Shown piece by piece: positions 8,829 to 15,211 of a DNA stretch of 32,000 nt (the first letter of the stretch is position 1; each line of letters starts with the position of its first letter). The stretch comes from Gemmata obscuriglobus (lineage in GTDB: Bacteria; Planctomycetota; Planctomycetia; Gemmatales; Gemmataceae). The DNA lies in contig NZ_CP042911.1 of assembly GCF_008065095.1 (NCBI RefSeq), forward strand, positions 480,001 to 512,000, written 5' to 3'. Both the position numbers and the translations under genes were made by a program. The notes beneath the pieces were generated by a model. The model was not told where the DNA came from and searched no databases. It saw only the letters and a list, made by a program, of their open reading frames with translations.

Positions 8829-9669
8829 GGCCAAGCGTGCCCGGATCGAGGCCGAGCACCCGGAGCTGAGCGTCCGGCGCCAGTGCGAGCTGATCGGATT
8901 GAACCGCTCGACGGTGTACTACGAGCCGACCCCGGAGAGCGCGGAGAACCTGACGCTGATGCGGTTGATCGACGAGCAGTACACGACGTGCCCGTTCTAC
9001 GGGAGCCGGCGCCTGGCCGCGTGGCTGGGCACCCAGGGCCACGAGGTGAACCGCAAGCGGGTGCAGCGGCTGTTGCGGATCATGGGGTTGGAGGCCCTGT
9101 ACCCCAAGCCCAAGCTGTCGGTCGGGTCCGGGCACAAGGTGTACCCGTACCTGTTGCGGGGCGTGGCCATCGACCGGGTCCATCAGGTGTGGAGCACGGA
9201 CATCACGTACATCCCGATGCCCACCGGGTTCATGTACCTGGCCGCAACGATGGACTGGTTCAGCCGGTACGTGGTGGCCTGGCGACTGTCCAACACGTTG
9301 GACGGGTCATTCTGCCAGGACATGCTGGAGGAGGCCTTGGGCCGGGGCAAGCCGGAGGTGTTCAACACGGACCAGGGAGTCCAGTTCACGGCCGCCGCGT
9401 GGGTCGGGCGATTGGAGCGGGCCGGGGTCGCGGTGAGCATGGACGGGCGGGGCCGGTGCCTGGACAACGTGTTCGTGGAGCGCCTGTGGCGGAGCGTCAA
9501 GTACGAGGACGTGTACCTCAAGGGTTACGAGTCGGTGCCGGCCCTGGAGAGTGGGCTCCGGGCGTACTTCGGGTTCTACAACACCGAGCGGTTACACCAG
9601 TCCCTGGACTACCGCACCCCGGCTCAGGTGTATGGCGTCGGAGCCACGAAGGCCCCGACGAAACAGTAG
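8803..9669 (+). CDS. IS3 family transposase OrfB (DDE integrase core), reachable only by recoding from OrfA
   Basis: The frame opens right after TGA 8800-8802. It contains HPELSVRRQCELIGLNRSTVYY, WSTDITYI, NTDQGVQFT, RGRCLDNVFVERLWRSVKYE and the DDE/rve signature. It lies in the +1 frame relative to orfA. Confidence 0.85.
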   Translation, partial: KKNRPPSAEAKRARIEAEHPELSVRRQCELIGLNRSTVYYEPTPESAENLTLMRLIDEQYTTCPFYGSRRLAAWLGTQGHEVNRKRVQRLLRIMGLEALYPKPKLSVGSGHKVYPYLLRGVAIDRVHQVWSTDITYIPMPTGFMYLAATMDWFSRYVVAWRLSNTLDGSFCQDMLEEALGRGKPEVFNTDQGVQFTAAAWVGRLERAGVAVSMDGRGRCLDNVFVERLWRSVKYEDVYLKGYESVPALESGLRAYFGFYNTERLHQSLDYRTPAQVYGVGATKAPTKQ

Positions 9670-9747
9670 CGAAGGATAGCAACTTTTTGGTCTAGACAAT
9701 GGGGTCCACTGTACGGTTCACGGCTCACAGACAGGCACGGCAAGTTG

Positions 9748-9757
9748 CTTCCATCAA
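9748..9757. repeat. left copy of the 10-bp target-site duplication CTTCCATCAA of the ISAs1 element
   Basis: An identical decamer directly abuts both inverted repeats (9748-9757 and 11066-11075). Confidence 0.85.
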
Positions 9758-11065
9758 CAGGGCAAACGCACTCAATCCCCTAGGAATCGCTGGATTCTAG
9801 CTAATTTTGAGGCGTGTGATCGAGCGGCCATCGCTCGCCTCCTGCGCATGTGCGGCCCCGCCTCCATATGATTCTGGCGCGCCCTCACCGCCTCGGAGTC
9901 TGCCGATGAGTGCCGCCCCCGGCCCACGCCCGTTAATCGAGTACCTGTCCCAGATCCCGGATCCGCGGGTCGAGTTGAAGTGCTTCCACGACTTGATTGA
10001 TGTACTCATGATCGTGACCTGTGGGACGATCGTCGGGGCCGATGACTTCGTGTCGATCGCCGAGTTCGCGCGGGCCAAGGAGTCCTGGTTCCGGGACCGG
10101 CTGGGGCTGACGCTGCGCAACGGGATTCCGTCCCACGACACCCTCAACCGGGTGTTCGCGCTGGTCCGCCCGGAGGCGTTCGGGCGGTGCTTCCGGGCGT
10201 GGGTCGCGGACGCCGCCGAGGGCCTCCGGGTGCCCCACATCCCGATCGACGGGAAGACCATGCGGGGGTCCAAGCGGGTCACCGGCACGGGGGCTCGCAA
10301 GGCCACACACATCGTCAGCGCATGGGCTCAGCAGTTGGGCCTCACGTTGGCCCAGGTGAAGACCGACGAGAAGTCCAACGAGATCACCGCGATCCCGGAA
10401 CTGCTGGAGCGGCTGGACCTCGCGGGGGCCCTGGTGAGCATCGACGCGATGGGCACCCAGAAGGACATCGCCCAGCAGATCGTGGCCGCCAAGGGGGACT
10501 ACCTGCTGGCGGTCAAGGACAACCAGCCGCGGCTGCTCGAGGACATCCAGCGGTTGGCCGAGGGGGCCCTAGAGGCGAGCTACGCGGGCCGCTCGACCGA
10601 CCTCAACGAAGGAACGGGCCACGGGCGCGAGGAGATGCGGTTCTGCTTCGTGATCGACGACCTGGAGTCGATCCGGGACCGGAATGTGTGGCCCCGGTTG
10701 CGGTCCGTCGTGGTGCTCGTCAGCAGCCGCACGGTCGCCGGTAGGACGAGCGACGAGGTGCGGTATTACATCAGCTCGCGGAAGGCATCGGCCAAGCGGT
10801 TCCAAACGTGGATCCGGGCTCATTGGTGCATCGAGAATTCATGCCATTGGGTGCTGGATGTCGCGTTCCGAGAAGACGACCACCGACTCCGTGAAGGGCA
10901 CGGCCCGCAGAATATGGCCCTCGTGCGCAAGATCGCCTTGGCGATGTTGAAGAAGGCAAACGCCAAATGTGGGATCAAGAACCGGCGACTCAAGGCCGGA
11001 TGGGATAATACCTACCTCGAACAGGTACTACTGAAAAATCCCGAGGATTGAGTGCGTTTGCCCTG
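9758..11065 (+). mobile_element. ISAs1-family insertion sequence (1308 bp) with perfect 21-bp terminal inverted repeats
   Basis: CAGGGCAAACGCACTCAATCC at 9758-9778 is the exact reverse complement of 11045-11065. The element is flanked by a 10-bp direct repeat and carries a single transposase gene. Confidence 0.9.
9906..11051 (+). CDS. ISAs1 family transposase (H-repeat-associated type)
   Basis: Motifs IPDPRVE.K..H.L.D.L......I.GA..F..I..F, IDGKT.RGS, SIDAMGTQKDIA..I....GDYLLAVKDNQP, RYYISS and HW.IEN..HWVLDV.F.ED are present. The start was set at ATG 9906; the track ORF begins at 9807. Confidence 0.9.
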   Translation: MSAAPGPRPLIEYLSQIPDPRVELKCFHDLIDVLMIVTCGTIVGADDFVSIAEFARAKESWFRDRLGLTLRNGIPSHDTLNRVFALVRPEAFGRCFRAWVADAAEGLRVPHIPIDGKTMRGSKRVTGTGARKATHIVSAWAQQLGLTLAQVKTDEKSNEITAIPELLERLDLAGALVSIDAMGTQKDIAQQIVAAKGDYLLAVKDNQPRLLEDIQRLAEGALEASYAGRSTDLNEGTGHGREEMRFCFVIDDLESIRDRNVWPRLRSVVVLVSSRTVAGRTSDEVRYYISSRKASAKRFQTWIRAHWCIENSCHWVLDVAFREDDHRLREGHGPQNMALVRKIALAMLKKANAKCGIKNRRLKAGWDNTYLEQVLLKNPED

Positions 11066-11075
11066 CTTCCATCAA
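11066..11075. repeat. right copy of the 10-bp target-site duplication CTTCCATCAA
   Basis: See the left copy at 9748-9757. Confidence 0.85.
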
Positions 11076-11095
11076 CCGTCAGCAATGGGTAAGCA

Positions 11096-11470
11096 ATGGC
11101 CGAGCGCATTCACCGCGACATGAAATGGACCGCCGAGGATCGCGCGCGGTACAAGGCCATTCGCGAGCAGTTTCAGAAAGAGCGTCCGACGCCCCAACAG
11201 CTCATCGAAAGTGGTGAGTACAACGGCCCCATTCCGCACGGGGTGTACCTGTCGCTCATGGCCGCACTGGTCGAACTCAAGAAGGCGCGGGAGGCGGCCG
11301 GGTTGAGCCTCGCAGATGTCGCCGAGCGGTCGGGTATCGACAAGGCCGCGCTCGGCCGGCTCGAAAACGGCGTCCACGATAACCCAACCGTTGATACGCT
11401 GGCCCGTTACGCTGCGGCAATTGGCAAGCGGCTGGTATGGTCGCTTCAAGATGTTGCACCAACAGTATGA
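11096..11470 (+). CDS. XRE-family helix-turn-helix protein (antitoxin-like)
   Basis: The C-terminal half, LKKAREAAGLSLADVAERSGIDKAALGRLENGVHDNPTVDTLARYAAAIG, is a canonical HTH_XRE. Confidence 0.8.
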   Translation: MAERIHRDMKWTAEDRARYKAIREQFQKERPTPQQLIESGEYNGPIPHGVYLSLMAALVELKKAREAAGLSLADVAERSGIDKAALGRLENGVHDNPTVDTLARYAAAIGKRLVWSLQDVAPTV

Positions 11471-11727
11471 GTCACCCGCGTCGTTGCGACCACGGCACGC
11501 CGCAAGCCGTCCCTGCTGATCGGCGGCGACTTTCTTGGAGGCGCCCTCAATACGAGGGTCTATTGTTTTCGACTCATTCGGCCCTGCGACGGGGGGACAG
11601 CACCACGCCGACTGGTCGCCGGCTGGACATTTGCTACCTCCCGACTGGCACTTCGCTGGGGCGTCGCTACCAACGAATCACACGATTCAGCGCCGGTGAT
11701 AGCCGCCAGAATCAACCCGGATTGGTC

Positions 11728-12174
11728 ATGACAAACGCGAATGACCCTTACGACCTGAACCGGTTCGTTGCGGCCCAGCAGGGCGGTGGCGGGCGGTCGG
11801 ATTACGCCACCGCGCTGGCCGAGGTCCGTGCCGGCGACAAGGTCACGCACTGGATGTGGTACGTCTTCCCACAGTTCGCCGGGCTGGGGTTCAGTGCGAT
11901 GTCCCAGCGGTACGCGATCAAGAGCCGTGCGGAGGCGGAAGCGTACCTCGCCCACCCCGTTCTCGGGCCGCGCCTCCTCGAATGCGCCGAGGCGGCGCTG
12001 GGTGTCGCGGGCAAATCGGCGCTCGACATCTTCGGCGGTCCCGACGACGCGAAGCTCAAATCGTGCGCGACGCTGTTCGCGCACATCTCGCCGGACGGCT
12101 CCGTGTTCCACCAACTCCTGGAGCGGTTCTTCGGCGGTGAGCGAGACGAGAAAACGCTCCGACTGCTCGGTTGA
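11728..12174 (+). CDS. DUF1810 family protein
   Basis: DPYDLNRFVAAQ....Y..AL.E...G.K..HWMWYVFPQ..GLG.S..S..YAI.S..EA.AYL.HP.LG.RL matches DUF1810. The start was set at ATG 11728 within track ORF 11437..12174. Confidence 0.85.
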   Translation: MTNANDPYDLNRFVAAQQGGGGRSDYATALAEVRAGDKVTHWMWYVFPQFAGLGFSAMSQRYAIKSRAEAEAYLAHPVLGPRLLECAEAALGVAGKSALDIFGGPDDAKLKSCATLFAHISPDGSVFHQLLERFFGGERDEKTLRLLG

Positions 12175-12291
12175 CCGTGCCATCGGCCGGGGGTATGGCC
12201 GCGTTCACGCAGCGGAGCGCAAACGCAGCACCCGAAACGGTCCGCTGAAAGTCGCCCACCGCCCACGTCCAGCGCCCTGCGAGGAACCACG

Positions 12292-12870
12292 GTGATGATT
12301 GGTGGATCGAGACCCATTCTGACGGCGTTGGTGGCGATTGCGGTCCTTCTATCGGGCTCGGGGTGCGACCGCGGGCCGCGCAACTTCGGCGTGGTGGAAC
12401 CCGGCGTGCTGTACCGCAGCGGACAACTCACCCCGTCGGCGTTCGAGCGGCTCCTGACCGACCACGGCATCAAAACGGTCGTGAGCCTGCGGCCGCTGCG
12501 CGACGAGGCCGAGAAGTCGGACGCGCACGAAGAAACCATCTGCCAGTCGCGCGGAATCAAGTTCGTGCGAATTCCGCCCCGCGAGACGGGCGCGGAACCG
12601 GGCGGCAGCCCGTTGGAACCGGTCGCGCGGGAGTTTTTGGCCGTGATGGCTGATCCGGCGAACCACCCGGTTTACGTCCACTGCACCGCGGGCCGCGATC
12701 GCACCGGGACGGTGTGCGCCGTTTACCGCGTGGATCACGACGGCTGGTCCCCGGAACAGGCGGTTGCGGAAATGCGGACCTTCGGGTTCGACCCGGACAA
12801 GGACGCGGCCGCCGGCGCCTACACCCGTTACATCCTCTCCTACCGCCGGCGGGCCGAACCGAGTCGCTGA
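12292..12870 (+). CDS. Cys-based protein tyrosine / dual-specificity phosphatase, probable lipoprotein
   Basis: The active-site P-loop HCTAGRDRTG (CX5R) is present. The N-terminal signal ends LLSGSGC, which looks like a lipobox. Confidence 0.85.
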   Translation: MMIGGSRPILTALVAIAVLLSGSGCDRGPRNFGVVEPGVLYRSGQLTPSAFERLLTDHGIKTVVSLRPLRDEAEKSDAHEETICQSRGIKFVRIPPRETGAEPGGSPLEPVAREFLAVMADPANHPVYVHCTAGRDRTGTVCAVYRVDHDGWSPEQAVAEMRTFGFDPDKDAAAGAYTRYILSYRRRAEPSR

Positions 12871-13033
12871 AAGCCGGATGTCATCCGGCCGCCGCGCCTC
12901 ACACAGTAAAACGCAGCCAGCTCCGAACACGATCCGCCGGGGCGGCGCCGGAACAAAATTCCGAAATCGTGGATAAGTTGCAGCACGTCTCGGAAAGGTA
13001 CCTCCAGAAGAGCGAGGTGCGGAGGGCCGACGT

Positions 13034-14701
13034 GTGAGAACGCGAAGCGGGCGCGGCGGCGTGCTGGACCCGATCGTGCGGGCCGCGCTTGCGGCCGTGC
13101 GGCTGGGCGAACTGTCCGACGGCGAACTGCTCGCCCGGTTCGTTGCGACCCGGGACGAGGAGGCGTTCGCCGAACTGGTGCGCCGGCTCGGGTCGACCGT
13201 ATACGGGGTGTGTCACCGCGTCCTCGGCACCCGCGCCGACGCCGAAGACGCCTTCCAGGTCACATTTCTGGTGCTGGCCCGCAAGGCCGACACGGTCCGA
13301 CCGCCCGGGCGGGTCGCGGCGTGGCTGCACGGGGTCGCCGTGCTGACCGCCCGCAAGGCCCGCGCCGGGCGGCTCCGGCGGTTCGCCCGCGAACGCGCGC
13401 TCGGCGACACGCCCGAGCCATCTGCCGTATACACGCCGCCGGAGCCGGACCTCGGTCGGGTGCTGGACGAGGAGATCCAGCGGCTCCCGGACAAGTACCG
13501 GGCGGCGGTGGTGCTGTGCGAGGTGCGCGGGCTGACCGTCGCCCAGACCGCGGCCGAACTCGGGCTGCCGGTCGGCACGGTGGCCAGCCGGTTGGCCCGC
13601 GGGCGCGCCCTGCTGGCTTCGCGGCTCACCCGCCGCGGGGTCGCCGGCGCCGCGGCCGTGGGCGCCGCGGGCGGGCTCGCGAGCACCGCGATGGCCGCAC
13701 CGGCCAAGCTCTTCGGGTCCGCAGTTTCGGTTGCGTTCTCCGGGTCACAATGCGCCCCGGCAGGCGCGCAACTGCTTCTCAACGAGGTACTACGAGCCAT
13801 GAGCCTGAGCAAACTTCGCGCGTTCGCGGTCGCGACGGTGCTGAGCGGCGCGGCCGCCCTTGGCGGCGCCGGCCTGCTCCCGTCGGGGGCCGCGCCGGCG
13901 CTTGCTGCGCCGGTTCCCAAAGCCGCCCCGGGCGCCGCCGACCCGCTCGACCGGGTCAAGGTCGACAACATCGCCGGGCTGCTCAAGGTCGAGGCGATCC
14001 GCAAGGACATCCAACTGACCGCCGAGCAGGCCAAGAAGGTGGACGAGCTGCGCGGCCGGCGCAAGCAGGCGGTTGTGCCGAACGTGATCCAGCAGGGGCC
14101 GGTCGGCGGTGTTGTGATTGGCCCGGCAATGCCCGCCCGCCCGGCAATTCCTGTCGGCCCGGCAATGCCCGTCGGCCCGGCAATTCCCGTCGGGGGTGGC
14201 ATCCAAGTCGTGGACGTGGCCGTCGGGTTCAGTGGTATGGAGTCGCCCAGCGACCCCGAGTTTTACAAGGCCGCCGCCGAGATTCTGAAGCCCGAACAGA
14301 TGCGCCGGCTGAAGCAGCTCTCGCTGCAAGCGAAGGGACCGGTCGTGCTGCTCGACCGCCGGGTGATTCGGGCGCTCGGGCTGTCCGCCGAGCAAGAAGA
14401 CAAGATCGAAGCCGTGGCGCCCCCGGACCGGAGCAAGAACGGCGGCACGCTGGCGGTTCGGATGGTGAACGGGCGCGTCGAGGATCCGGAGGCCGAGCGG
14501 GACGTGGCCGCGTGGGAGGCCGCCCTCAAGGTGCTCACCGCCGAGCAGCGTGCCAAGTGGGACGGCCTCGTCGGCAAAGTGCTCCCGGCGGCCGAGTTGC
14601 GAAAGGCCCAAATCGTGTCGCTGGAGGAAATCAAGAACCTGATGCCCAACCTGCCGAACGTACCGAACATCAACCCGATCCCGGTGCCCCCGCCGGGCTG
14701 A
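13034..14701 (+). CDS. ECF (sigma-70 family) RNA polymerase sigma factor fused to a TM segment and an extracytoplasmic LTXXQ-repeat domain
   Basis: Sigma2 (AFAELVRR....VYGVCHRVLG...DAEDAFQVTFLVLARKA) and sigma4 (RLPDKYRAAVVLCEVRGLTVAQTAAELGLPVGTVASRLARGRALL) regions are present. A hydrophobic helix follows (LRAFAVATVLSGAAALGGAGLL), then about 270 further residues. Confidence 0.85.
   Translation: MRTRSGRGGVLDPIVRAALAAVRLGELSDGELLARFVATRDEEAFAELVRRLGSTVYGVCHRVLGTRADAEDAFQVTFLVLARKADTVRPPGRVAAWLHGVAVLTARKARAGRLRRFARERALGDTPEPSAVYTPPEPDLGRVLDEEIQRLPDKYRAAVVLCEVRGLTVAQTAAELGLPVGTVASRLARGRALLASRLTRRGVAGAAAVGAAGGLASTAMAAPAKLFGSAVSVAFSGSQCAPAGAQLLLNEVLRAMSLSKLRAFAVATVLSGAAALGGAGLLPSGAAPALAAPVPKAAPGAADPLDRVKVDNIAGLLKVEAIRKDIQLTAEQAKKVDELRGRRKQAVVPNVIQQGPVGGVVIGPAMPARPAIPVGPAMPVGPAIPVGGGIQVVDVAVGFSGMESPSDPEFYKAAAEILKPEQMRRLKQLSLQAKGPVVLLDRRVIRALGLSAEQEDKIEAVAPPDRSKNGGTLAVRMVNGRVEDPEAERDVAAWEAALKVLTAEQRAKWDGLVGKVLPAAELRKAQIVSLEEIKNLMPNLPNVPNINPIPVPPPG
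14120..14191 (+). repeat. in-frame tandem repeat, 4 x 18 bp (GGCCCGGCAAT[G/T]CCCGTC), encoding GPA(M/I)PV hexapeptides
   Basis: Four consecutive 18-nt units at 14120-14137, 14138-14155, 14156-14173 and 14174-14191, all inside the ECF extension. Confidence 0.9.
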
Positions 14702-15107
14702 TCGCGGCCTCGGCCGAGCGCACCTGGTCGTGGCGGCCCCGCCCGGCCGAAAGCTCTCCAACAAGGTGCAGAAGGGCCGCGGGGTTGAACGGCTTCGACA
14801 GCACCGCGGCCGCGCCCGCCGCGTGCGCGGCCGCCGGGAACGCGCTGCCGCCCCGCGGCGGCTCACCGGTCATGGCGACCACCACCGCCTCCGGGTCCAG
14901 GGCGCGCAACTGCCGGATCGTTTCCAGCCCGTCCAGGACGGGCATGAACTGGTCGCACACGACGACCGCGGCGGCGCGCCGCGCGTACGCCTGGACCCCG
15001 GCCCGCCCGTTCGAAGCCTCGGACACCTCGTGCCCGGCCTCCTCGAACACCATGCGCAGCAGGAGTTGCACCTGCGGGTCGTCGTCGATCAGAAGAACGT
15101 GAGCCAC
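14670..15107 (-). CDS. stand-alone response regulator receiver (CheY-like)
   Basis: Motifs VLLIDDD, the phospho-acceptor context VVCDQFMPVLDG, AMTG and SKPF are present. The start is GTG 15107 (AAGGG 8 nt upstream) or GTG 15152. It lies downstream of and on the same strand as the hybrid kinase. Confidence 0.8.
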   Translation of the reverse strand: MAHVLLIDDDPQVQLLLRMVFEEAGHEVSEASNGRAGVQAYARRAAAVVVCDQFMPVLDGLETIRQLRALDPEAVVVAMTGEPPRGGSAFPAAAHAAGAAAVLSKPFNPAALLHLVGELSAGRGRHDQVRSAEAAISPAGAPGSG

Positions 15108-15211
15108 CGTCGCACCCTTCAACAATAAGCGTCCCGCGCGAGCGAGCCGCACGGTTTACAGCGAACACGCGCCACGCCCCAGGCACGGCGCGCACTGCTT
15201 GAGGGGGTATG

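Larger units (their letters stand above)
8467..9720 (+). mobile_element. IS3-family insertion sequence (about 1.25 kb)
   Basis: Imperfect terminal inverted repeats begin TGA: left TGAGACCGGTATAGTGGACCCC; reverse complement of right TGAACCGTACAGTGGACCCC. The element ends 5'-TG...CA-3' and contains orfA and orfB. No clear target-site duplication was seen. Confidence 0.85.

Noticed and set aside
8461-9726. Target-site duplication for the IS3 element
   Set aside because: The flanks CAC (8464-8466) and CGG (9721-9723) do not match, and no 3-5-bp direct repeat was found at plausible boundaries.
12950-12990. GGAAC ... CGTCT as a possible autoregulated ECF promoter upstream of 13034
   Set aside because: The spacing between GGAAC (12950-12954) and CGTCT (12986-12990) is 31 nt. 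The nearer CGT at 12968 leaves only 13 nt. Neither fits the usual 16-17-nt ECF spacing.
14120-14191. Short regularly spaced repeats checked as a possible CRISPR array
   Set aside because: The units are contiguous 18-mers with no spacers, lie in frame inside a CDS and encode a hexapeptide repeat. This is not a CRISPR array.
13210-15102. 630-aa plus-strand ORF, plus 13213..14202 and 13790..14866 on the minus strand
   Set aside because: These are off-frame or antisense reads of the ECF sigma gene and receiver gene, with Arg/Gly/Pro low complexity.
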